A stretch of DNA of 64,000 nt. It comes from a virus (taxonomy: Duplodnaviria; Caudoviricetes). Location: the IMG/VR virus record IMGVR_UViG_3300014205_000003, positions 32,001 to 96,000 of that record; one strand, given 5' to 3'. The position numbers and the translations under genes are program-made. The notes beneath the pieces were generated by a model. That model was not told the origin of the DNA, searched no databases, and saw only the letters and a program-made list of their open reading frames with translations. Position 1 is the stretch's first letter, and each line of letters begins with the position of its first letter. Positions 36,614 through 46,059 of this stretch are shown here, piece by piece.

Positions 36614-37066
36614 ATGGCTATTTCGACCTACGCAGCAAGTCCTTACTTCTTCACGATGTCTATCAGTGTTCCTGGGGAGACTGGTGGAGACAACATCATC
36701 GAAGGTATTGCAGATCTTACTCTGGACTGGACTAAGCCAATCCGTAAGTACAAGAACTTGGACGACAACTTCGTTCAGCTTGTCTATGGCAAGGCTGAGG
36801 GTCGAATGGTTCTTAGGGGCTTTGCTACCAGTTCGGAGATTGCGAATGTGTTCGCTACTACAGACACTTACTACACTGGTGGTGTGATGCCGAGTGCTTG
36901 GACTGCTCCTGTAGAGATTGCCATTATAGCTAAGTCGAGTCTTGCAGATGCTGGACAGACGGCTTCGTATACTGGTTACAACACTGGTGGCGGGTTTACG
37001 TTCCGACAGGTTGAGGAACGCATCTGGGTTTTGGATGGTATCAAGATCTTCGAGATATTCGAATAA
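36614..37066 (+). CDS. Tail tube-like protein 1
   Basis: ~150 aa beta-rich; position. Confidence 0.45.
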   Translation: MAISTYAASPYFFTMSISVPGETGGDNIIEGIADLTLDWTKPIRKYKNLDDNFVQLVYGKAEGRMVLRGFATSSEIANVFATTDTYYTGGVMPSAWTAPVEIAIIAKSSLADAGQTASYTGYNTGGGFTFRQVEERIWVLDGIKIFEIFE

Positions 37067-37083
37067 CTTAAGGAACACATAAG

Positions 37084-37494
37084 ATGCGCGCATTAAATCT
37101 TCAGAACGCCAACGCTACTTTTACGATTGCTTCTGTTAGTAAGGACTTGGTGTCTAATGTCTCTTATCAGACATCTACACGTCCTGTTGAGTTGGACTTG
37201 CCAGAGGGATCGAGCTTCTTGTGGCCATTGCGTGAAGGTCAGCTTACTTTTGAGCATCAGCTTGCTCCTGGGGTTGCTCCTACCTCACAGCCTGCTACGC
37301 TGACGAAGACTACGATTGTGGTTACTGCTCGTCAGAAAGAGACAGGAGCGTCTGGTACGATGACTTTGACTACTTCCAGTGCGTACTTGACAGCGATCAA
37401 CATTACTACAACGCGTATCCAAGGGTTGGCTATGCCAGTGTTGACGGAACGTCTGACGTATACACTCTTGGTGGACGACGATGGCGCTACCTAA
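37084..37494 (+). CDS. Tail tube-like protein 2
   Basis: Thr-rich beta pattern similar to neighbours. Confidence 0.45.
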   Translation: MRALNLQNANATFTIASVSKDLVSNVSYQTSTRPVELDLPEGSSFLWPLREGQLTFEHQLAPGVAPTSQPATLTKTTIVVTARQKETGASGTMTLTTSSAYLTAINITTTRIQGLAMPVLTERLTYTLLVDDDGAT

Positions 37495-37910
37495 TGCATC
37501 TTCAGACAAACTGGCACAATGTTCCTGCGACACTGTATCGAGGCAACATCAGCTTCGCTACACCAGTTGATCCGTCTGTAGATACTTACCTTCAGAGAGT
37601 TCCTGTATATCTCAGGAATGTCTCTATTTCCTACAACACCATTGAGATCTATCAGTACGGGAATCCGCAAGATTGGATTACTCGTATTCCTAAAGGTGGA
37701 ACCATATCCTGTTCAGGCATTATGGTTCCTACAGATTCTTCTCTCAAGTGGATAACTGCTAAGTTCTGGGAACGAGTAGTTATAGGAAACTTCGGAGGCT
37801 TCGAGGCCTGTAGAATCCTCAATCAGACCTTGACAGCTGAGCCGATTGCTGGAGGTTTGTCTGTACTTCATGGATCTTACACATTCTCTTTTGAGAGGAG
37901 AATTCCATGA
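37494..37910 (+). CDS. Tail tube-like protein 3
   Basis: NVSISY..GGTI..YTFSF pattern shared with neighbours. Confidence 0.45.
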   Translation: MHLQTNWHNVPATLYRGNISFATPVDPSVDTYLQRVPVYLRNVSISYNTIEIYQYGNPQDWITRIPKGGTISCSGIMVPTDSSLKWITAKFWERVVIGNFGGFEACRILNQTLTAEPIAGGLSVLHGSYTFSFERRIP

Positions 37911-38407
37911 GAGTAGCAAATTTCATTCGTCCTCGACACAGCAACAGCGCTACTGCAGATTACGCCTCGTACTGCAAGATTCCTGAGCTTGATCCTGCGA
38001 TGATGATTCAGAGCATTGCCATCTCTTGGGACAATGCTCAAAACTTCAACTCTGGTTTGTACGGAGCTGTTGCGATGGATCGCAAAGGAACTGTACAAAT
38101 AGGTTTCCTCTACACGTCTACACCAGCGGCTACAGGGACATTCTTTGAAGAGCCTTACATTGCTACGATGACTATCTCTGCAGGATTCTACAGCGGAGGA
38201 ACGTTAGAGAATCATTCGATGCCTCTGTATGGTTGTCAGCAGCGTGCTATATCTATACAGACTGTTGATCATGGTAATGGAGCCTTTACATTAGAAGGGC
38301 AAGTTACTTATTCTTTTGCTTGTGCAGATGACGACAACAACGGAGTAAGTCTTGGTGGTTATGCAAACACTGCACCTAATCGTCCTTGGTATCATGCACG
38401 CAGTTAG
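37907..38407 (+). CDS. Tail tube-like protein 4
   Basis: SIAISW..KGTV..VTYSF pattern. Confidence 0.45.
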   Translation: MRVANFIRPRHSNSATADYASYCKIPELDPAMMIQSIAISWDNAQNFNSGLYGAVAMDRKGTVQIGFLYTSTPAATGTFFEEPYIATMTISAGFYSGGTLENHSMPLYGCQQRAISIQTVDHGNGAFTLEGQVTYSFACADDDNNGVSLGGYANTAPNRPWYHARS

Positions 38408-38428
38408 TAAACAAGAAGGAATCTGAAA

Positions 38429-38842
38429 ATGAGTGAAGTATCTGCAGAAGACGTTCAAGAGTATATGCGTTGTCTCTTGGGTCGACGTCCGTTCATCAAG
38501 ACTTATCCGATATGTGGTAAAGAGCTCTGCAGCTTGCAGACTATGACTACAAAGAGTCGGATGCGGTTGAACAAGTTCATGGCTTGGTGTGAGACTCAGA
38601 AGGACATTGCAGCAGATACTTCTGACAGAGCAAACTTAGTTTTTCGTACAGATAGGGCTTGCGAGTTGGAGAAGCTTAGTGACGAAGACATCTTGAAGGC
38701 CTTGCATACGACATATGATGATTGGGTGTATGAGAGTTATGTAGCACACATCAGGTGTTTGCAGGAGTTCATACAGCTCATTGAGACTTTGAGAGAGAAA
38801 GTCTTGGAAGTGGATTTTTGGAAGGGCGCTGGGCAGGGCTAA
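38429..38842 (+). CDS. Tail assembly chaperone (gpG-like)
   Basis: Ends just after slippery GGATTTT; upstream of tape-measure-like gene. Confidence 0.6.
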   Translation: MSEVSAEDVQEYMRCLLGRRPFIKTYPICGKELCSLQTMTTKSRMRLNKFMAWCETQKDIAADTSDRANLVFRTDRACELEKLSDEDILKALHTTYDDWVYESYVAHIRCLQEFIQLIETLREKVLEVDFWKGAGQG

Positions 38843-39132
38843 CCCTCGACGCCTTTCTGGACAAAGCCTTAGACTTCTCCTACATAACTCGAGACGATCC
38901 TGAGAGCTTGTTGCAGGAAGAGTTAGCACACAAGTGGTTGTTTAGGAAGCGTCAGTTAGTTTCTCGTACGATGCAGACGCTTTATGGTATTCATATACAG
39001 GCTGTAAGTGACAGTCTGAAGATAGAGACAGAGGCGTCCGAGACGTTCAAGTTGATGTTTCCGTGGCAAGTTGAGAAACCTTGGTCACCTGAAGACTTGG
39101 CAGATGTAATGCAGTTCTTCAAGAAGAGTTAG
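38818..39132 (+). CDS. Tail assembly chaperone -1 frameshift extension (gpT-like)
   Basis: Overlapping -1 frame without its own ATG start/RBS at the overlap. Confidence 0.6.
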   Translation: MEGRWAGLTLDAFLDKALDFSYITRDDPESLLQEELAHKWLFRKRQLVSRTMQTLYGIHIQAVSDSLKIETEASETFKLMFPWQVEKPWSPEDLADVMQFFKKS

Positions 39133-39134
39133 AC

Positions 39135-40808
39135 ATGGCAGACGAAGAGAAGAAACAACCAGTAGCTGAGAAGGTTTTTCCTCCTGTTGTGGAGAAGTCT
39201 ATAGCAGATACTCCAGTCGCTGAGAGAGCTCCTGAGAAGTCTGTTGAGAACGTTCCTGAGAGAGCTCCTGAGAGAGCTCCTGAGCCTAAGAACTCTCAAA
39301 AAGAGATAGACGACAATAACAAGAACGCTCAGGGCTTTGCTAAGTTACCTGAGAAAGGTACTCCAAACGCTTTTGAGGTTAAAGTAAAAAGCCCAGCAGA
39401 GCGTGCAACAGGTTTTGCTAAGTTACCAGATACAGGAACTCCAAACACGTTTGGTAGACGTAAAGAAGCTCCTGCAATGACTGTAGAGAAGGCGTCTGAA
39501 GAACGCAGAGTAGCTGCAAAGAAGATTACTGAGACTAAGGATGCTGGTGGCACTAATGAGCGTGGAATGGCTTATTTGGATGCTCGACAAGCTGCTGTTA
39601 CTGCACGAGAAGAAGTAAAAGCAAGTCCTACAAAAGAGAACAAAGAGAAGCTGAAAACAGCTTATGAAGGCTTTACTGAATCTCGTAAAGCCGCAATGCA
39701 AGATCCGTCGACTAAGGATGCCGTACAGACCTTTGAGAAAGCAGCTTCTCAGGAAGAGAGAGTAGTATCTGCACAGCGATCGAAGGAGCAGAAAGCTTTT
39801 GCTACTTCTGAGAAGGCTCGTACAGAACGTATAAGTACTAAGGAAGGTGCTGTAGCAGAGGTTAAGAGTCTTGGCAAACAAGGTCAGCAACTTGAGAACA
39901 ATGTTGCTCGTGCCTCAAACACCTTAGAGACTACCCGAGAGTCTGCAAGACAGGACAAGCTTTCTCCTAAGGCCAAAGAGTACGTTCAAGCTGAAGACAC
40001 TATTAGAAATGAAAAATCTTCAGATAAAGAGAAGCAGAGCGCTGTAGCCGCTAAGACTAAACTAGAAGAAGACTTTAAGCAGGCGAAACCCAAGGATAAA
40101 GATCCAGGACTTCAAAAACTGGCAACAGATAAAGCCAATGTAGAGAAAGCATCTGCTGCTCAAGCGCAAACAATGCCTCGTCTTGCTCAAGAGCGTCAAG
40201 AAGCCCTTCGAGCTGTAGAAAGTGCACCTACAGCAGAAGCTAAAAAGAAGCAAGAGGTTGCCTCAGCTGAGAAAACTAAACAAGCGTCTGCAGCAACCGC
40301 TGAAGCAGATGCTCGCAAAGAAGATCCCACAAGAGGGAAAACTCTTAAGCTGAATAATGGCTTGCAGTACTACTCAGACAAGTCGTCAGATACTGCGGAT
40401 AAACCCCAAACTCGTACAGTAGTTCGCAACGGAATGCAGATGCAAGAGCCTGTTCAGCAGGCTGAGAAGGGTTCTGGAAAACGCACAGATGTGCGCGGAA
40501 GTGACTCTCAGGCCTCTGCAACAACCACTGAAACCGATAAGAGTAAAGAGACTCCTAAAACTCGTACTGTAGTTCGTAATGGCATGCAGATGCAGGAAGA
40601 GGTTAAAGCTTCTCCTAAGGACAAGACACCTGAAGCATCTCCTGAACAACAAGAAGCTATGAAGTCTCTCACTAAAGGTGCTAGAGAAGCTATAGGAGAC
40701 AGAGCAGCTTCTAAGACATCTGGTGGAAGTTCTACAGATGACATGAAGCAGATGTTGACAGAGATGAAGTTGAAGGTGGATGTGCTCTACTCAGAGATTG
40801 TGAGATAA
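39135..40808 (+). CDS. Tape-measure-like charged helical protein
   Basis: Follows the chaperone pair; A/K/E-rich; internal repeats GFAKLPxxGTPN x2 and TRTVVRNGMQMQE x2. Confidence 0.5.
   Translation: MADEEKKQPVAEKVFPPVVEKSIADTPVAERAPEKSVENVPERAPERAPEPKNSQKEIDDNNKNAQGFAKLPEKGTPNAFEVKVKSPAERATGFAKLPDTGTPNTFGRRKEAPAMTVEKASEERRVAAKKITETKDAGGTNERGMAYLDARQAAVTAREEVKASPTKENKEKLKTAYEGFTESRKAAMQDPSTKDAVQTFEKAASQEERVVSAQRSKEQKAFATSEKARTERISTKEGAVAEVKSLGKQGQQLENNVARASNTLETTRESARQDKLSPKAKEYVQAEDTIRNEKSSDKEKQSAVAAKTKLEEDFKQAKPKDKDPGLQKLATDKANVEKASAAQAQTMPRLAQERQEALRAVESAPTAEAKKKQEVASAEKTKQASAATAEADARKEDPTRGKTLKLNNGLQYYSDKSSDTADKPQTRTVVRNGMQMQEPVQQAEKGSGKRTDVRGSDSQASATTTETDKSKETPKTRTVVRNGMQMQEEVKASPKDKTPEASPEQQEAMKSLTKGAREAIGDRAASKTSGGSSTDDMKQMLTEMKLKVDVLYSEIVR
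40478..40496. repeat. Dispersed palindrome copy (inside CDS)
   Basis: aaaacgcacagatgtgcgc. Confidence 0.8.
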
Positions 40809-41386
40809 TGGCTATAGACTTTGCAGTAACAGGACGTGGTGTAAGAGCTCTTGATACATCTCAAGTGCCTGTGTGGTCGCTTAGTGATGTTGAACCTATT
40901 GTAGAAGAGTACTCTTGGAAGATCGTTCATACAGAGGAAACTCCTGCAGAACTTACTCCAGCAGGAACAGGAATTGTTATTCCTCTGCACTATTGGTTTC
41001 ACTACGTATTCACACAGAGAGTAGTTAAGCGCTTCAACATGGGTGATTCCGATGTGTTGAGCAGTGGACAGATGACTGCTAATCCTTTACTTCCCCCTTC
41101 ATCTTTTCCTATTACTCAAAGCTACTTTCGTCCTGACATCTCTCAACTAGCTGTCTTTCCTCTTCCGACAAACATTCCTGAAACAGACTTTGTCCACAAG
41201 AGCAGAACGTGGTTGTTGGACAAGATGGCGATTACATTTGACAAGGACAGGAAGCTGTATGAATTGAGAGCTGAGTTGACAGCTCGTACAGTTCAGAAAG
41301 AGAAATTGATTTGGGCTAACAAGTTTACGCTGACGAGTTGGTCAGCTCTTCCTATATATCCAGCGGCTGGAACAGGATATCCATAA
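40808..41386 (+). CDS. Putative tail tip/baseplate protein
   Basis: Position; coupled start. Confidence 0.5.
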   Translation: MAIDFAVTGRGVRALDTSQVPVWSLSDVEPIVEEYSWKIVHTEETPAELTPAGTGIVIPLHYWFHYVFTQRVVKRFNMGDSDVLSSGQMTANPLLPPSSFPITQSYFRPDISQLAVFPLPTNIPETDFVHKSRTWLLDKMAITFDKDRKLYELRAELTARTVQKEKLIWANKFTLTSWSALPIYPAAGTGYP

Positions 41387-41387
41387 G

Positions 41388-41900
41388 ATGCCAAGTGCTT
41401 TTGAAAACCCTCGTGAGATCTACAGTACTAATGCCAACTACCTGGAGAACTGGGATTTGGTAGAGTTCACTGTGCAGGAGAAGAAGGATGTAAAGACGTC
41501 AATTGTCTCAGATGCTACATACATCTACTACATTCAGGTTCCGCGCTTGCAGTATCAGTTCTCTCAGACGGTTAAGCTTACGTTTACAGATCGTCAGTCG
41601 TATGCAGCCGCTCAGAGAGAACCTCCTACGAGTGTTTCAGCAATGACTGACTATGCTAGGGGTTTGTCTCTGGTGAATCTTCCAAACGCTATAGCGCCTG
41701 TCACAGGGGCCTTCTACTCAGGGACCAAGATAAACGACTGGTTGGCTACTGGACATACCTTCCGCATGCTTACAGACGGCATATTCGAGGTTCAGGTACA
41801 TATGGAAGCATACTCAGATTTCATTTGGGACAGGACGAATGCTTGTCGTACGCAGATGTTGAAGGCCACGAATGTTACAGCAACTTCTCCAGAGGTCTAA
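41388..41900 (+). CDS. Putative tail tip/baseplate protein
   Basis: Position; beta-rich composition. Confidence 0.5.
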   Translation: MPSAFENPREIYSTNANYLENWDLVEFTVQEKKDVKTSIVSDATYIYYIQVPRLQYQFSQTVKLTFTDRQSYAAAQREPPTSVSAMTDYARGLSLVNLPNAIAPVTGAFYSGTKINDWLATGHTFRMLTDGIFEVQVHMEAYSDFIWDRTNACRTQMLKATNVTATSPEV

Positions 41901-41903
41901 CTT

Positions 41904-42356
41904 GTGGCTTCTCGATACATCCGCAACTTTGACTTGGACGACTTGGAAAGAGAGATGAAGGTTCTCTCTGGAAGTAGAGAGCTTACTTTCATCGATACGC
42001 TTACAGGAGTAAGAGCAGAAATTGCTCAAGATCTTAGAGTTCAGACTGTGAATCTCTACGGTGTTCCTGCTAGTACTGTGAGTGCTGGAGTAGATTACAC
42101 AGGATACATAGCAATTGATCAGGCTTCCTCAGAGTCGCAAATTGCAACTTCATATACTGTGCAGTACACAGGGACAAGATATGCGATTGAGATCTTTGCA
42201 GATGGCAGGTGGACTTCAGGAACGGGAAGTGCTTACTTAGATGCGATGCCTGTACATATTGGTGAAGTAGTTCCTACAGGTACTTGGGTAGTGGCGATGG
42301 CTTCGTACATAAGTGAGTATGAGGCTTATACAGGTTACACAGGGAATTGGCCATAA
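41904..42356 (+). CDS. Putative tail protein
   Basis: ORF track; position. Confidence 0.5.
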   Translation: MASRYIRNFDLDDLEREMKVLSGSRELTFIDTLTGVRAEIAQDLRVQTVNLYGVPASTVSAGVDYTGYIAIDQASSESQIATSYTVQYTGTRYAIEIFADGRWTSGTGSAYLDAMPVHIGEVVPTGTWVVAMASYISEYEAYTGYTGNWP

Positions 42357-42703
42357 TGAGTAATCTTGTTAGAAGAGAAGAGTTAGATGCCACTAGACAG
42401 AAGCTTACTGTCTTAGAGGGAAACGGGATAAAGGTTGATCAGACTCTAGATGGTCAGAAGGTAAGTGTTAACAATGACTTGAGAGCTGTAGCGTCTGCGT
42501 CTGGACCGATAGTAGTTACAGGATTGGTAGCATATGGGGGAGGTTTTTACAGGGCTACTGTTTCACCAGAGTTCCCACCGTCAGCTGCAGATTCAGTGCT
42601 TGTAGAACTGGTCCACATTCATCTTAATGACTCTATATCTAGCACAACCCGCTTATCCGTAATCCCACAGAATCCTTGGATGTACGCAGGACCTTTTCCA
42701 TGA
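42356..42703 (+). CDS. Putative tail protein
   Basis: ATG at 42356 coupled to upstream stop. Confidence 0.5.
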   Translation: MSNLVRREELDATRQKLTVLEGNGIKVDQTLDGQKVSVNNDLRAVASASGPIVVTGLVAYGGGFYRATVSPEFPPSAADSVLVELVHIHLNDSISSTTRLSVIPQNPWMYAGPFP

Positions 42704-43662
42704 GTGTTGCTTACACACAGTATGCTGGTTATGATATGATGGGTTTGGCAACGAATGCCTACCAGTCTGTTCCATCTATTTTTTCCGGTGCTATTTCTGA
42801 TATGGCAGCTCATCCTCAGATCTGGTATGAGGATTCTACTCAGTGGATGACGTATACAACCATCAATGTGTATTACACAACACACACGTTTTGCAGGCCT
42901 GTTGTATTAGCTTTTCAAGCGGTGACTAATTCTGTAGCGACACCTATTCAGCGCTTCTATAGTGCTGCATATAGTCCTGGGTATACCCGAATCTATCAAA
43001 CGCTTGTAATGGGTGCTCTTGTTCCTACATACATTTGGTTTTCTGGAAGTGTTGTGTTGTCCAGATGGATAGGGGGAGGACTTACTGCGGATGATGTTTG
43101 GTGGAGTGCTACAGGAACTTTTCCAAACTGGACTTTTACGCCTCAGGGTGTAAACACTACTGTGGGACACCCGTATAACTTTAACGTAGTGATGAGTAGA
43201 GCCCCCTTCATAGGGTGGTCGAAGTCAGGATCTTTAACAGGATTTTATACAGGAACAAGTATTCCTGCAGGGCTTCCCCCTGCAATGTTTGTAGGAGCTA
43301 GACGTCTTTCTACAGCTTCTCCGTTTGCGATAAGTCTGACAGAGACTGTATATAAGGCAAAAGGTCTATCCACTTTCACAGGAACATCTACAACACCTGC
43401 TTTGACTTGGACAATGACTACAGCGGGGACGGTGGTAGGTACGTATACTACAGGAGGCGCTGCATACGGAACATATGTTTGTTCTTTAACGATGACTAGT
43501 GTCTATCCTCCTGCCGATTTGAGTGGTGTGTATACAAGAAATAATGCGTTGCCTTACGACGCAGGGTCTCCAGCATCTATCACACTAACTTGTACGTGTC
43601 TCAATCAAACAACTGCTAGAACCACTTCCACATATGTAACACAAGCTCCAATACTTCTCTAA
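42700..43662 (+). CDS. Thr/Tyr-rich tail/receptor-binding-type protein
   Basis: ATG at 42700 (ATGA overlap); composition. Confidence 0.55.
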   Translation: MSVAYTQYAGYDMMGLATNAYQSVPSIFSGAISDMAAHPQIWYEDSTQWMTYTTINVYYTTHTFCRPVVLAFQAVTNSVATPIQRFYSAAYSPGYTRIYQTLVMGALVPTYIWFSGSVVLSRWIGGGLTADDVWWSATGTFPNWTFTPQGVNTTVGHPYNFNVVMSRAPFIGWSKSGSLTGFYTGTSIPAGLPPAMFVGARRLSTASPFAISLTETVYKAKGLSTFTGTSTTPALTWTMTTAGTVVGTYTTGGAAYGTYVCSLTMTSVYPPADLSGVYTRNNALPYDAGSPASITLTCTCLNQTTARTTSTYVTQAPILL

Positions 43663-43664
43663 CT

Positions 43665-45509
43665 ATGTCAGCAGTTATCTTTACAAATTGGAATGCTGGA
43701 ACGGACGAGAAAGATGTTCCGTTTACGTTAGATTGGACAAGTTCTGCAACGATTCGAAGTGCTCCTAGAAAGTGTTTATACGTAGAAGCACTTCGACAAG
43801 CAGTTCTTGAGAAATTGTCTGTTGTAGATGATGTGTCTCAAACAGGCTCACTCGGAACGATACTAAAGGGGATTAGTCCTTATCAAGGCTACAATCTTGA
43901 CTATTTTGATAAGTCCAACTATCCTCAGTTTTACGCCCCCGTTATTAAAGAGAGCTTCTTTGGGAGATTCTTAGATGCCAGTACTGCTGTGGTTGATCCT
44001 TTAAACAGATATCCTTTATCAGGAGTTGTTAATCAGCTTTACTACTCATTAGCAGGTTTGCTTACGGTTTTTGTAAACACAACAATTGCTAATGGGGAAT
44101 ATCACAACTATTCAAATTTTGGAACAGCTGCTTGGAGTCCGTCAGACGCTGGGAAGATTCCTATGTGGACGCAAGCATTGATGACTGATCATTTAGTGAA
44201 GAACCACGCTGTTATTCCGATGACTTACAACAGGTCAAACTTTTCCGTGATTTACGTAGCGTCAGCACTGTCAGGGTATACATACGAATCCTTTGAGTTT
44301 GCCGAGGCCATTTGGGAGATTCGTCAAACCTTAGATCACCTTACAGCTATTAGGAGATTAAACGATGTACTCGCTATAAATGGAACAGCGTCTTTTCCAT
44401 CTGTTCCTATGTTCTCTTATAGCAAAACAAGACTTTTGCAGAATACCACGTCTCGAGGGGGAAACTCTTCCAAAACTGTAGAGATCGAAGGAACTGGTCC
44501 TGCATTCACCTTAAATGCCGCACCGGCTGATCAGGTGGCGTCCGCACGATCTAAACTAGACACAGAGTGGTCTAATGGTTATCCTATAAACACTTGGTCA
44601 GACTCTGCACAGGCTGGAAATGTTGAAGCGTCGGGACTTATCTATGAAAACCTTTCTACAGGAACACAAGAGCGATACCCTACAGCTACTTATCCTGCAG
44701 ATGCCTTCATTGAGAAGTACGAAGGGACTTCTGCGCTTACTCCTGCAGACTACGGCAATGTGGGAACGCTGGTTACCAACGTCACAGCAGACAAGACCAA
44801 ACACACCTATGCGATCTACAACAAGAAGTTCAACTGCACCTACGACATATATGAGCGCTTCCTCAACAATCCTACTTGGGGAAGTACTCAGACAAGTGTA
44901 GACTACAAACTCTTTTGGGTCTACTACAAGGACTCAATGTTTGGAGCTCCTAACTATAACAATTACTACTATCTGCAGTGGCGATACATGCCTGCAGGAC
45001 AAATCTATCAAGGAATTGCGATAGCTTATTTCGGAGCAGCAACTTCTCACATCATTACAGGTAGCACACCTGTAGGCGCTTTCTTAGTAGACTCTGGGGG
45101 TTTTGTAGTAACTAACGTTCCTATGCCAGGGGATGGATACTGCATAACACAAATAGATAGTTGGTCACAAGCGCTTGACGTTACCCCAGCAACTCTCAAC
45201 TACTTTGGAATCTCCTTCAGCGCTGTTTTCTACAATTCGCTCTACAAGATAGCTACAGGCTCTTATACTACACCTGCAACGCCTTTGGGGCTTACTTCAG
45301 GTGTAGACTCTGAAACAACACCCACATATCCTGCAAAGCCTACATACAATGGTTGTAGATATGTGGCAACGTCTAAGATTGATCATACAGGAACATACGC
45401 ATATACGGTTGTGATGTCAGACTTTCATCCAGGATATCGAATATCTGTATCCAACAATCCTGTAGCTGTACTTAAGTTCAACGTAGTTGGTGGATTCACC
45501 TTTCAGTAA
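43665..45509 (+). CDS. Large tail/baseplate structural protein
   Basis: 614 aa, T/Y/N/S-rich; position. Confidence 0.6.
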   Translation: MSAVIFTNWNAGTDEKDVPFTLDWTSSATIRSAPRKCLYVEALRQAVLEKLSVVDDVSQTGSLGTILKGISPYQGYNLDYFDKSNYPQFYAPVIKESFFGRFLDASTAVVDPLNRYPLSGVVNQLYYSLAGLLTVFVNTTIANGEYHNYSNFGTAAWSPSDAGKIPMWTQALMTDHLVKNHAVIPMTYNRSNFSVIYVASALSGYTYESFEFAEAIWEIRQTLDHLTAIRRLNDVLAINGTASFPSVPMFSYSKTRLLQNTTSRGGNSSKTVEIEGTGPAFTLNAAPADQVASARSKLDTEWSNGYPINTWSDSAQAGNVEASGLIYENLSTGTQERYPTATYPADAFIEKYEGTSALTPADYGNVGTLVTNVTADKTKHTYAIYNKKFNCTYDIYERFLNNPTWGSTQTSVDYKLFWVYYKDSMFGAPNYNNYYYLQWRYMPAGQIYQGIAIAYFGAATSHIITGSTPVGAFLVDSGGFVVTNVPMPGDGYCITQIDSWSQALDVTPATLNYFGISFSAVFYNSLYKIATGSYTTPATPLGLTSGVDSETTPTYPAKPTYNGCRYVATSKIDHTGTYAYTVVMSDFHPGYRISVSNNPVAVLKFNVVGGFTFQ

Positions 45510-45528
45510 GCAAGGTTAAATTAGTTTC

Positions 45529-46050
45529 ATGACAGATCGTCGCAAGCTCTATGTGTATTGGAATGTTACGCAGGGTCTGTTGGTGAATTCTGCTAACGCA
45601 GCTATTCCTAACAGTCTCTATCCTCGTATGTACTTGGGAGAATATCCGTGTGTCTTCCTCAGCGTTGGAACAGGAGCTAAAGGAACTGCCTTCACTCCTT
45701 ATACAGGATGGGCCTCTGACACTATCTTTACAGCTACTGTAGATACTGATTACAATCATACAGATTCTCCTCTCATTCGCTGTGCTTGGGCTACAGACTT
45801 CAATCAAAGTGGTGATTGGGACGGAACTGCTCCAGACAATGCTTCTGTCGTAGCTGGAAGATTGTCCATTAGAGTAAATGCTAACACAGCCGCTCTAGAC
45901 GCTGAACTTGGACTTAATGCTTCTGTTGCTGCAACCTTTGAACTGATTGGATATAAGACTCTGACGATTAGAGGAAATCCTACAAGTGTTCCGATAAGTG
46001 TTATCCAGTTTCCAGTCTTCTGTTTGAACACGCAAGAGTACACGCCTTAA
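45529..46050 (+). CDS. Baseplate-upper (BppU-like) protein, paralog of the fibre N-terminus
   Basis: Shares [26 protein letters not shown] etc. with the 46060 N-terminus. Confidence 0.65.
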   Translation: MTDRRKLYVYWNVTQGLLVNSANAAIPNSLYPRMYLGEYPCVFLSVGTGAKGTAFTPYTGWASDTIFTATVDTDYNHTDSPLIRCAWATDFNQSGDWDGTAPDNASVVAGRLSIRVNANTAALDAELGLNASVAATFELIGYKTLTIRGNPTSVPISVIQFPVFCLNTQEYTP

Positions 46051-46059
46051 GGTCTACAC

